Of a stretch of 64,000 nucleotides of DNA, positions 18,159 through 26,471 are shown one piece after another (positions within the stretch are counted from its first letter, which is position 1; each line of letters begins with the position of its first letter). Origin of the DNA: Candidatus Moanibacter sp. (GTDB lineage: Bacteria > Verrucomicrobiota > Verrucomicrobiia > Opitutales > UBA2987); contig CBDDCD010000001.1 in the NCBI GenBank assembly GCA_965226025.1, positions 74,104 through 138,103 of the forward strand, read 5' to 3'. The notes beneath the pieces are model-generated. The model saw only the letters and a list, made by a program, of their open reading frames with translations. It was not told the origin of the DNA and made no database searches. Both the position numbers and the translations under genes were made by a program.

Positions 18159-19283
18159 CTATTGTAGTGCTGCTTCAAGGCGAACAAGCGACTGCGACTC
18201 GCCAAACTGACTCTTCACCGATTTCTTCTTACCGGTGGCCCAGTGGATTGTGATCGAGCAGTCCCTCAAGCCCGATCGGTAGAGTGGTTCCAAAAGCCTC
18301 AATCCGTCAATCTGTTTAGACTGCAATTCGTTGTAACGCTTCAAGAACTCGGGTGAGGAAAATGTGCGAAGTTGTGTCGTGGGGAGGACTGAGGCCCGCG
18401 CACGATAAGTAAAGCGGCGACGCTCTCCGTTTTGAACTAGGCCGAACTCCTCGTCGTCTTCCTCTAGGATAAAAAGAACGGAGATGGAGTCGTTAGGTTT
18501 GGGCGAATCTGTCTTAACAGCCAGAGTGCCCACTGGATTAATGCTAGTTGGCTTCCCTCCAACATTTGAAACATCAATTGTCAGCGTAAAGGTAGGAACG
18601 GGCGAGGTAGGATCGACCCGGTCGATTACATCTGAAAGCGTTTGCAAGAACTCTTTTGTCTCAGTGACTACCTTGGTGTGGTGGGTGCCGACGAGCGCAA
18701 CAATATCCTTTGCGTTTGGTGGCGGAGGCCGATTTTGGTTAGCCCCCATCAACGCACCAATTATATTCATCGGATTGATTGGGCGTTGCAAATTCGTGCT
18801 CCGAAATTGTTGCGCCTTACGGCGATCTTGTACTGATACGCCTTTCAATCTGCTAGTATATTCGAGAACTGTATCAATATACTCACGGTTAGAAACGTAA
18901 AAGGCCGTATAATCAGTATTCGGTGCTATTTTCCACGCTGAATGGTTCTGGAGAGTTGGGTAGGCAATGTGGACGTTCTTAAGATCATCTCGTCTTTGGA
19001 GGATGTCTCCATAGGTAAGTTTGTTCGTATTGATCTTCTTCCGCCAATCATTGCCACCAATTTCTTTTGCGAGATTTGCCTGATCGGCGGGGGTGAGCGG
19101 CATGAGCCATTGGGACTTGAATGGTGTGGTCGATCTGATCTCCACCACATCGAACGACAGACGGGGACGATTAATCAGGTTCTTGATTGGCTCACCAACG
19201 AAGGCACCGAGTAAAACTCCAGCGAGCAGTAGTGTAACGTTTCCAAGTGGAGTATTGATGAAGCGTCTTTGATCGGAGGACAT
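18159..19283 (-). CDS. hypothetical single-pass membrane protein (374 aa), cassette cargo
   Basis: A long ORF with an N-terminal TM segment 'VTLLLAGVLLGAFVG'. I recognise no family. Confidence 0.6.
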   Translation of the reverse strand: MSSDQRRFINTPLGNVTLLLAGVLLGAFVGEPIKNLINRPRLSFDVVEIRSTTPFKSQWLMPLTPADQANLAKEIGGNDWRKKINTNKLTYGDILQRRDDLKNVHIAYPTLQNHSAWKIAPNTDYTAFYVSNREYIDTVLEYTSRLKGVSVQDRRKAQQFRSTNLQRPINPMNIIGALMGANQNRPPPPNAKDIVALVGTHHTKVVTETKEFLQTLSDVIDRVDPTSPVPTFTLTIDVSNVGGKPTSINPVGTLAVKTDSPKPNDSISVLFILEEDDEEFGLVQNGERRRFTYRARASVLPTTQLRTFSSPEFLKRYNELQSKQIDGLRLLEPLYRSGLRDCSITIHWATGKKKSVKSQFGESQSLVRLEAALQ

Positions 19284-19567
19284 CGTGTAGGGCTGTTTTC
19301 TAAGGCCAACTCTCTTATAGGCAGCGCTGACGCGTCTGCCGTTATGTCACGATAGCAATTTGGCCGCGTTGGGCAAGATTTCTCTCTAACCTCCTCTCAA
19401 CGAGTGGATTGCCTCACACCGGACGGCATGAACCGCGGATTTTTATTGATGCGTCAGCGCTGCCTATTCCGAAGCGTCGACGCTGCCTATCAAATTAATG
19501 AGATGCGCGGACGCATCATTTTATCACTTTGACCTCGCTGATTCTGATTCGCCTTCGGGCTGGCGAG

Positions 19568-19733
19568 TCAAAAGAGTTTGAGTTGGGGGTCTTGGGGGGA
19601 TGTCTTGCGGCGGCGATAGGGGCGGACTAGGCGGTTGGCTTCGGCGAGGAGGTCGACGGTTCTGTCGGTGGCTTCCGGATTTCGGCGGGAGGCGTCGAGA
19701 GCGAAAATGGCTCGCAATTAGGTTTGCGCTCTT
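19568..19733 (-). repeat. inter-cassette module copy R1 (micro-ORF copy with TTG start only)
   Basis: Hand translation gives 'RAIFALDASRRNPEATDRTVDLLAEANRLVRPYRRRKTSPQDPQLKLF*'. Confidence 0.7.
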
Positions 19734-19768
19734 TTGCAGAAGGTTTGGGAGGAGTTGGTTCAGGACTC

Positions 19769-19975
19769 TTAGAAGAGTTCGAGTTGGGGGACTTTGGGGG
19801 AGGGTTTGCGGCGGCGGCGGGGGCGGACGAGGCGGTTGGCGTCTGCTAGGATGTGGACGGTGAGGTCTTTCGCCTCTGGGGGAAGACGAGAGGGATCGAG
19901 GGCGAGTTCGATGGCGTTGCGGATGTGCTTGTGCGCATTGCAATTTGGTATAGGTTTGAGCTGATTAGGGCGCAA
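19769..19975 (-). CDS. module micro-ORF, most intact copy (R2, 68 aa)
   Basis: It has an ATG start. The sequence '...KHIRNAIELALDPSRLPPEAKDLTVHILADANRLVRPRRRRKPSPKVPQLELF*' is homologous to five other copies. Confidence 0.45.
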   Translation of the reverse strand: MRPNQLKPIPNCNAHKHIRNAIELALDPSRLPPEAKDLTVHILADANRLVRPRRRRKPSPKVPQLELF

Positions 19976-20130
19976 GAGGGCGGAAGTGTGCGAAGATCAA
20001 CGGGTTACGGAGTCAGGAAGAGGAAAAATCGAGTTTGGCCATTTTCAGGCGAAATCAGTCTGATTGCAAAGGGTTTGGCCGTAGGAATAGTCGAGTTTGC
20101 AATTAGGTTTGGCACCGAGAAGATCAGATG
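19976..20130 (-). promoter_or_regulatory. upstream half of module: repeated TTTGCAATTAGGTTTGG boxes and a conserved CAACGGGTTA block
   Basis: Boxes lie at 20062-20080 and 20093-20113, with a weaker one at 19940-19965. Confidence 0.4.
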
Positions 20131-20152
20131 CAGGGCTCCTGAATGTCCGCGC

Positions 20153-20692
20153 TCACGGGCCGGAAGTCCGCCGCTTCGCATCCTGCCGCCGGTCCGTGTG
20201 TGTTAAGGAGTGATCGCGCTGGCGAACTTCCTCAACGAGCCTTAGAGCTCTTAATTCGAAGGTCCTTAAGGATGCTAGAACCATCTCAGTCTGTACGATG
20301 CTAAGCGCTTCAACAACACCCATGTAGGTCTCAAGAAATTCCTTCTCCAGTTCCGAAAGCTCTCGAAAACCAAAGACTCTAAGGGCTGTCGATGCTCGCT
20401 TAGACACCGTCTCACGGTATCTATTGAGCTGTAATACTAATTTCTCCGAATCAAAATCTGTAAAATGCCTTTTCGACGTTTGCAGCCCAATTCGTTTCGC
20501 AAGCCATGGCAAGTATCCGTTTAACAACGCGATCGAAAAAGCTAGGAGAAGAGTCAGTACAAAGTACTCTGTTATTTTGATTCCCAGTATCGATACGTTT
20601 GTCAACGGAGGTAGCGTCCAAGCTATGGAGAGCACCAAAACCAACCAAGAAATGCAGTACATGACGACACGCGCCATGATGTGCCTCTGCAA
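20153..20692 (-). CDS. hypothetical membrane protein (2 TM N-terminus, helical C-terminus), cassette cargo
   Basis: TM segments are 'VVMYCISWLVLVLSIAW' and 'YFVLTLLLAFSIALL'. The ORF overlaps the upstream ORF by 55-70 nt. Confidence 0.5.
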   Translation of the reverse strand: MQRHIMARVVMYCISWLVLVLSIAWTLPPLTNVSILGIKITEYFVLTLLLAFSIALLNGYLPWLAKRIGLQTSKRHFTDFDSEKLVLQLNRYRETVSKRASTALRVFGFRELSELEKEFLETYMGVVEALSIVQTEMVLASLRTFELRALRLVEEVRQRDHSLTHTDRRQDAKRRTSGP

Positions 20693-20979
20693 AGTCTTGA
20701 TCGTGTAGTTGGCATGTGGCGTGATTTGCGTAGCTTATCTAGGATCGCTTTCACGTCATTGCGCGTCTCTCTTTTATCAATCGTAGTGACGTCGAGGAAA
20801 TACTCGTTCTCAACGACCTCCTTAACCTTCTTGTTGCTGCGAGAGAACTGAAACCCTGTTTGTCCAATTGAAAGAAATGCGGACAGACCCGAGAGAGCAG
20901 TGACTATTAACGTAAAGGTGGCGGGATCCACGTCCTGATCTTCTAATTTTCTTATAGGCAGCGCGAAAGCATCTGCCAT
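20623..20979 (-). CDS. hypothetical small membrane protein (118 aa), cassette cargo
   Basis: One TM segment, 'FTLIVTALSGLSAFLSIG'. The C-terminal ~30 aa look like read-through into the next gene. Confidence 0.4.
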   Translation of the reverse strand: MADAFALPIRKLEDQDVDPATFTLIVTALSGLSAFLSIGQTGFQFSRSNKKVKEVVENEYFLDVTTIDKRETRNDVKAILDKLRKSRHMPTTRSRLCRGTSWRVSSCTAFLGWFWCSP

Positions 20980-21054
20980 TTTGTGAGAATAACACTTCCG
21001 CCGCTTTCGGCAAGATCTCTGTATAACGTTCTCTTGACGAGTTGATTACACCAG

Positions 21055-21175
21055 ATTCTGGCTCGCAATCAGATTTGCGAACTTTCGCAGAAGGTTTGGA
21101 GGAAGCTGGTTCAGGATTCTCAGAAGAGATTAAGTTGGGGGTCGTAGGCGAAGGTTCTGTCGCTCGCAACGAGAT
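21055..21175 (-). repeat. truncated module copy (duplicate of the R2/R1 junction plus an internally deleted repeat)
   Basis: 21055-21130 parallels 19711-19790 ('GCTCGCAAT.AG.TTTGCG...GCAGAAGGTTTGG.AGGAG.TGGTTCAGGA.TCT.AGAAGAG'). Confidence 0.6.
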
Positions 21176-21246
21176 TTGGACATTTTCGCAGAGGGTTTGA
21201 GCTTTCCTGCGGATCTCGTAACTCGCGCAGACAGAAATCCGGGATG

Positions 21247-21415
21247 CTAAAAGAGCTCGAGTTGGGGGTCTTTCGGGGATTATTTGCGCCGGCGGTGGGG
21301 GCGGACGAGGCGGTTGGCTTCGGCTAGGATGTAGGCGGTTTGATCGGTGGCTTTGGGGGACAGTTTGGATGGATCGAAGGCGAGGTCGATGGCATTGCGG
21401 ATGGCTGGTCTGCGA
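21247..21415 (-). repeat. inter-cassette module copy R3 (micro-ORF with an in-frame TAA)
   Basis: 'AIRNAIDLAFDPSKLSPKATDQTAYILAEANRLVRPHRRRK*SPKDPQLELF*'. The internal stop is at 21280-21282. Confidence 0.7.
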
Positions 21416-21553
21416 CCAGGCTGGGCCGCTGTAATTGATGCGGGGACGACAGTGAAAGCAACTCAGTAACCGGATAGAATCAGCGTTTCGGGAACTGATG
21501 TTGTCGATAGAAGCAAATCAACGGCAGTATTCCACTTCCGGAGCATCCAACGG

Positions 21554-22075
21554 TTACTCCGCGCCGGCCGACCACCACAAGAGTTTTCTGATGAAATAGT
21601 AATTACCAACGCTAAGAAGACCAAAGCCCAAGAGGAAAGAAAAGGTCGTTAAGTAGCCAATCGGCACCCAAATAAGCCTATCAGTGAAACTTTGTTCACC
21701 ATCCTTAGTACTGAATGTTTTGGGTGGTAGAGCGGTGTTGTAGCTAATCCGGACGTTTCGAAGTCTCAAATATTCGGTATGAAGCAACCACGTTACCGCA
21801 ACACAGAGAGTAAGAGCCACACCTAGTATAAACTCGCCGACATCCTTTAACGGGGCGAAATCGTTAACTTTGAAGTGCGGGGCGACATTCAGCGTGATAA
21901 TCGAAAACCCAAGCCGATACGAACTGCGCCAGTAGTGAGTTTGTCTAAGCTGATATTCGTCAAAAATTAGCCGCGCCAGGTCAGGATCGTAATCTCGGGC
22001 TTCAGGAGACATCAAATTACCTACCACTGCGGCCGTTTGAAGGGAACTCAGCGAAATACAGGCATTCGTCGCCAC
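21554..22075 (-). CDS. hypothetical multi-TM protein (173 aa), cassette cargo
   Basis: The ORF has three or more hydrophobic segments, for example 'FILGVALTLCVAVTWLL' and 'LTTFSFLLGFGLLSVG'. Confidence 0.55.
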   Translation of the reverse strand: MATNACISLSSLQTAAVVGNLMSPEARDYDPDLARLIFDEYQLRQTHYWRSSYRLGFSIITLNVAPHFKVNDFAPLKDVGEFILGVALTLCVAVTWLLHTEYLRLRNVRISYNTALPPKTFSTKDGEQSFTDRLIWVPIGYLTTFSFLLGFGLLSVGNYYFIRKLLWWSAGAE

Positions 22076-22224
22076 CTGATGGAGCTTGGGTAGAATTGAG
22101 CGTCATAACTACAGTGAGATTGCTTATGCGCAATCGATGATCCTAAGAGGTAACACGGTCGGCATTCTGCGTCAAGAAACTGATCTCTGTATTTTATGCG
22201 TAGGCGATTGCCTACACCGGAGGC

Positions 22225-22395
22225 TCAAAAGAGTTCGAGTTGGGGGTCTTTGGGGGAGGTTTTGCGGCGGCCGTGGGGGCGGACGAGGCGGTTGGCTTCG
22301 GCGAGGATGTAGACGGTTTGATCGGTGGCCTCCTTGATTCGGCGGGAGTCGTCGAGGGCGAGATCGATGGCGTAGAATCTCGCACTTAGGTTTGG
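22225..22395 (-). repeat. inter-cassette module copy R4 (micro-ORF without canonical start)
   Basis: '...YAIDLALDDSRRIKEATDQTVYILAEANRLVRPHGRRKTSPKDPQLELF*'. The frame opens after a TAA with no ATG, GTG or TTG. Confidence 0.7.
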
Positions 22396-22560
22396 GCATT
22401 GGCGAATCAGCGCGATTTAGGGCGGAAGTACACGGATATCAACGACTTAGGTATCAGTCAAAAGTGAAATACGAGTTTGCGCACTTCTTGGGTCAGATCG
22501 GGGTGTTTGCAATTGGTTTGAGCACTGAGAAATGCGAGTTTGCAGTTAGGTTTGGGTACT
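22396..22560 (-). promoter_or_regulatory. upstream half of module with box repeats
   Basis: Boxes lie at 22503-22523 and 22536-22556. The block 'GGATATCAACGACTTAGG' is also present. Confidence 0.4.
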
Positions 22561-22685
22561 CAACAAGACAGAGGTGACCGGGTTGGCGGACCAACGGAGT
22601 TGACGCTGACGCACAGATAATCGTAAACGAAGGAAACGACATTGAAAGACGGAAAAGCGAGTCAACCCCTGTTCACCGTTTTGTT

Positions 22686-24146
22686 TCAGGAAAGGTGCGT
22701 TGTCGGAGGTGATTCTCTTGCAGAGTTGTCGGTTGCAAGTGCTTTGACCACCCTTTCGAGCTCGCGATCGAATAGGTCGCCGTTGTCTTTCCAACCATTG
22801 AAATCTGCTGCGAGGCGGGATGTTACTTGCATTGCCTTACCACTCTTCCATTGGCCGGAAAGCAAGAATCCGTCGAGGTCAAGGGGAATGAGTGCTAGCA
22901 CTTTTCTGCCGCGTTCTTTCATGAGTTTCTGTTCCTTCTTAAACGCGGCATCGATCTCATTATCAACCCACCAACTGGTCAGAGAATATTCTGATGCACA
23001 CAGAAGGATCTTGTCCCACAGCCGAATCCCGCGATCCACTTGGTCGTAAATGTCATCACCGGGTAACATTTGTTTTTCGTCTAGCCAGCACCGAATGCCG
23101 CGGCCCTGTAGCGCATCATGTAGCCGCCGTGCGAACGACTTGTCTTCATGGCTGTAACTAATGAAGCACGAATAGAACTCTAGAGCGTGGCCTGTTAACG
23201 AAGGGAGGTATGTGATGAGATTGTCCGTGATCCCGCAGCCGCGAAGAAAGTGATCAGGGATCTTACCTCTAGAACGAGTCAGTGTATCAACATCAATACT
23301 ACTCGGTCCAGAATGCACGATCGTGTCCAACCCTTTGACGGTCGAGAGGTCGATTCCACTTAATCTCACCTTCTCGAATTGAGCCTTGTCGAGTTGCACA
23401 TCGGTCATCACAGTGTTCTCAAGTTGTGCATGGGACAGGTTCGCGTTCGTTAGGTCTGCGCCCGACAGATCAGCGCCGATGCAAATACATGACAAATCCG
23501 CCCAAATGACATGCTGCGAGAGGTTTGCACATTCAAGGTCCGCATCAGTGAGGTTGGCGTTGCGAAGTTTAGCGCCAGATAACATGCTCCACCCCAAATC
23601 GGTATCGGTTAGCTCCGCCTCGGTGAAATCAACGAGCTGTAAGAAAGCACCCCTCAAATTCGCACCGCGTAGATTCGCCTCTCGAAATGACGCCCATTTC
23701 AGAATCGCCCCTGCAATGTTGCAGTAACTCAAGCTCGCCTTGGTGAGGTCCGTTCCGATAATGTTCCTCCTTCCTTCGGAATTCAGGATTTCATCCGCAT
23801 CTAGGTTAACCGTTCTTAGGTCGCATTGACTAAGATCCGCGCCACACATTATTGCCCCGCGCAGATCGAGGCCACGCAGGTCAATGTCGGTGAGGTCGGC
23901 TCCTGTCAAATCAAGACGAACATGTGAATCCTCGACACGCCGGGCTGCATTTTCGGTACGCCATTTCGTAACGGCTCCACAACCTCTCCGTAAGAGCGTG
24001 ACGTGCTCGGGATTTGCCATTGGTGTTGGCAGCTTCGTTCGCTGCGTTCGGCTGAATGTTGTGCGTATTTCAAGACACAACTCAAGATAGATTGCGTTTA
24101 CGCGATGGCTGTCTTGGAAAACAGCACTATCGCGAGCCACGGTCAA
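22686..24146 (-). CDS. pentapeptide-repeat protein fused to a C-terminal TIR domain (486 aa)
   Basis: There is a long run of A(D/N)LxG-type pentapeptides. The TIR-like region is 'FISYSHEDKSFARRLHDALQGRGIRCWLDEKQMLPGD...SWWVDNEI'. Confidence 0.8.
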   Translation of the reverse strand: MTVARDSAVFQDSHRVNAIYLELCLEIRTTFSRTQRTKLPTPMANPEHVTLLRRGCGAVTKWRTENAARRVEDSHVRLDLTGADLTDIDLRGLDLRGAIMCGADLSQCDLRTVNLDADEILNSEGRRNIIGTDLTKASLSYCNIAGAILKWASFREANLRGANLRGAFLQLVDFTEAELTDTDLGWSMLSGAKLRNANLTDADLECANLSQHVIWADLSCICIGADLSGADLTNANLSHAQLENTVMTDVQLDKAQFEKVRLSGIDLSTVKGLDTIVHSGPSSIDVDTLTRSRGKIPDHFLRGCGITDNLITYLPSLTGHALEFYSCFISYSHEDKSFARRLHDALQGRGIRCWLDEKQMLPGDDIYDQVDRGIRLWDKILLCASEYSLTSWWVDNEIDAAFKKEQKLMKERGRKVLALIPLDLDGFLLSGQWKSGKAMQVTSRLAADFNGWKDNGDLFDRELERVVKALATDNSARESPPTTHLS

Positions 24147-24189
24147 GAAGCCTCGCTATCTGATTCAAATACAAGGGATTGTGTAACTA

Positions 24190-24250
24190 GCATTCAGGTT
24201 TGCAAACTTTCGCAGAAGCGGAATTTGCAATTAGGTTTGGGCATTCAGTT
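24190..24250 (-). promoter_or_regulatory. partial module (box repeats only) between the DUF4062 and TIR genes
   Basis: 'AATTTGCAATTAGGTTTGGGC' at 24222-24242 and 'CAGGTTTGCAAAC' at 24196-24212. Confidence 0.4.
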
Positions 24251-24423
24251 GGGGAAAAGGGCCAGGATCGGTATGAATGGATTGTGAGAGTGATTGATCT
24301 CTGCATTTCTGGGATTGACGTTAGGATTGGGATGGTAGTGGATGAAGCTAGATACTTTCGCTTGGAGGAACTACTCCGTTTGCGGTAGAATCGCTTCAGA
24401 AGATATACTCGAAGTCTAACAGC

Positions 24424-25326
24424 TCACCAGGTTGATCCCTGTGGGTTGGAATCTCCCAAGGCCGCGGTCTTAACTTTCTCGGATTCAAGCTTGTTAAAGA
24501 AGATACGGCCCGCATCCGAGATAGTGTATTGAGAAGGACCTGTCCTGCTGAGCAGGCCGAGCCTGTAAAGCTGATCAGTTTCAGATCGGGCAAAACGGCC
24601 AGAACCTCTGTCGAAAAGTTGATCTCGATTTTCTTCCATCCATTCGAGCAGACCTTTATCGATCACGATATCCCTTAGTTCAGCGAAAGTGAGCCCATTA
24701 AGTAGCGTGTCTTGCCTACCACTTTCAACCTGGCTTCGTAGCAGGGAGTTCTCGCGACTCAGCCGGGTGATCTCATCGGTTACTGCAGGCATGTTCACCT
24801 GTGTCGAGGATCGTACCCAGCCTTCGAGATCTTCGCGACGAGAGAATTCACCGAGGGTCTGATGTATCGACAGCTGGATATCCTTCTCATCGTTCCAAAA
24901 TCCCACTGTCTTTTTTTGAACCAGATCTCGAAACTCTGCGAGTTTATCAGCTTCTTCGGTCTCCCTGGCTTCGGGTCCCAGACGGCGAACTTTCTCATCA
25001 AGCGCTGGCTGCTCGATCACACAGGAAAACAGAGCCAATCCTTTTTCCAAAGCGTATTTATACTCCACTTCTATGTAGCTTCTGCCTGTTTTCGGGTCGA
25101 TACTACCGTATCGACCTGCCAGGATCAGGAGGAACACGTCTGATTGGTTGATCCACTGCTTTATGACCTCCATCTGCGACTCATCGCCAGCTGCAAAAAG
25201 CTCCATACCAGCGGGAATGTGTCCAGCCGACAAGATTGCCTCGACTCCCGCCTGCCTTTCCACTTTTAGATCGGTGTACGTTGAGGAGACAAATACCTGC
25301 AGGCGTTTTTTAAGGAAGTCGACCAT
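24424..25326 (-). CDS. DUF4062 (TIR-like) domain protein with a helical/wHTH-like C-terminus (300 aa)
   Basis: The N-terminus 'VFVSSTYTDLKVERQAGVEAILSAGHIPAGMELF' matches the DUF4062 signature. Confidence 0.7.
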   Translation of the reverse strand: MVDFLKKRLQVFVSSTYTDLKVERQAGVEAILSAGHIPAGMELFAAGDESQMEVIKQWINQSDVFLLILAGRYGSIDPKTGRSYIEVEYKYALEKGLALFSCVIEQPALDEKVRRLGPEARETEEADKLAEFRDLVQKKTVGFWNDEKDIQLSIHQTLGEFSRREDLEGWVRSSTQVNMPAVTDEITRLSRENSLLRSQVESGRQDTLLNGLTFAELRDIVIDKGLLEWMEENRDQLFDRGSGRFARSETDQLYRLGLLSRTGPSQYTISDAGRIFFNKLESEKVKTAALGDSNPQGSTW

Positions 25327-25405
25327 AGGACGATTGTCGGAATTTCCCCCTTCCTTTCAAGGGAGTCAATCTACTTAGAGATCGTCGCGAATGAGCTTTG
25401 ATTCT

Positions 25406-25575
25406 TCAGCTGCCGAAAAGTTCCAGCTGCGAGATTTGTGTCATCTTGCGGCGGCGGGGGGGGGGCGGACGAGGCGGTTGGCTTCGGCGAGGATGTAGAC
25501 GGTTTGATCCGTGGCTTCCTTGATTCGGCGAGATGCGTCGAGAGCGAGGTCGATGGCGTTGCGGATGTGCTTCAT
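25406..25575 (-). pseudogene. inter-cassette module copy R5: micro-ORF with ATG, out of frame at a C10/G10 tract
   Basis: 'MKHIRNAIDLALDASRRIKEATDQTVYILAEANRLVRPPP' runs into the homopolymer. The conserved tail 'RRRKMTQISQLELFGS*' is in the +1 frame. Confidence 0.5.
25456..25465. repeat. G10 (C10 on coding strand) homopolymer inside micro-ORF copy R5
   Basis: Counted directly: 'gcggcggcGGGGGGGGGGcggac'. Confidence 0.9.
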
Positions 25576-25745
25576 GAGCCTTGCAAAGAAGCTTGAGCAT
25601 TCGCGAATTAGGACGGAATAGAGCGGAAGTCAGCGAATAGCAACGGGTTAGGGGACTCATGGGGTGAGAGATCGAGTTTGAGCACTTTGGGGCTATATTT
25701 TAGGGGGTTTGCACATGGTTTGAGCACTTTTCGAGTTATTGCAAG
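25576..25745 (-). promoter_or_regulatory. upstream half of module with box repeats
   Basis: 'GGTTTGCACATGGTTTGAGC' at 25706-25725, 'CGAGTTTGAGC' and 'AGCAACGGGTTAGG'. Confidence 0.4.
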
Positions 25746-25774
25746 GAGTCCGATAGACAGTTTCTGGACGATTG

Positions 25775-26200
25775 CTAACCAACCGGTTGGTTATCTTTCG
25801 CTCTAGGAGTTTCAGAACGAGGTGGGGCGGCGGCCGCACTGTCTTCAGCCTCTTGTACGTCAATTCTCTGCCGGATTGCTCTCACCACCTCAGCGATCGG
25901 TGTGCGCGTCCGCCACCAGGAGATTAAGAGATATACGCCCATCAGATTCCCAACCACGGAGACGACTATACACAAATTCTCAGCGATCTGACTCCGAAAG
26001 GTTGCCGTACACAGGGCCAATATACTTGAGAACGCCATTGTCAGCAGAAAGACCGCGAAATTCAGCTGGATTGATGCGGGGGACCCTTTCTCAAGCAGGT
26101 CCAGTTCGTTTTCCTTGACTTCAAAAAGGTCGACGGATGCGACTCGACCTCGTCGCACTTGGAGAGGCTTGCTATCCGTTGGGTGTGAGGGAGAACTCAT
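25775..26200 (-). CDS. hypothetical 2-TM protein (141 aa), cassette cargo
   Basis: TM segments are 'FAVFLLTMAFSSILALC' and 'LCIVVSVVGNLMGVYLLISWW'. Its start lies 1 nt after the stop of the upstream ORF. Confidence 0.55.
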   Translation of the reverse strand: MSSPSHPTDSKPLQVRRGRVASVDLFEVKENELDLLEKGSPASIQLNFAVFLLTMAFSSILALCTATFRSQIAENLCIVVSVVGNLMGVYLLISWWRTRTPIAEVVRAIRQRIDVQEAEDSAAAAPPRSETPRAKDNQPVG

Positions 26201-26201
26201 C

Positions 26202-26471
26202 CTATAGATTCTCCCTCAGCCACTTGTCGTATGCCTCGCCGAAGCTATTGAACCAAGCTGCTTCAGTACCAGATCTGACCACGAAGACGCGTTCTCCTTG
26301 GTCAAGGACATTCTGGATTTTGTCCCTAATCTCGACGGCCCTCTGTTCTGTGTTAATCGCCCAACAGTGGTCGTGTATGGGACAATAGTAACGATAGGAT
26401 TTCAGAAATTCCTGCACCTTATCATTGGATGCCTCAGAGTTCGTCTGAAATGTAACGATGTAGCAGGTCAT
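26202..26471 (-). CDS. hypothetical small soluble protein (89 aa), cassette cargo, translationally coupled to the 2-TM gene
   Basis: A compact ORF with alternating beta/alpha-like sequence. I recognise no family. Confidence 0.5.
   Translation of the reverse strand: MTCYIVTFQTNSEASNDKVQEFLKSYRYYCPIHDHCWAINTEQRAVEIRDKIQNVLDQGERVFVVRSGTEAAWFNSFGEAYDKWLRENL

Noticed and set aside
19524-19943. A 139-aa Pro/Arg-rich ORF, and the similar ORFs 22172..22399 and 26746..27009, plus most of 25406..25660.
   Set aside because: They are low-complexity readings of the module in the wrong frame. The adjacent frame gives a conserved helical peptide and shows synonymous-site variation between copies.
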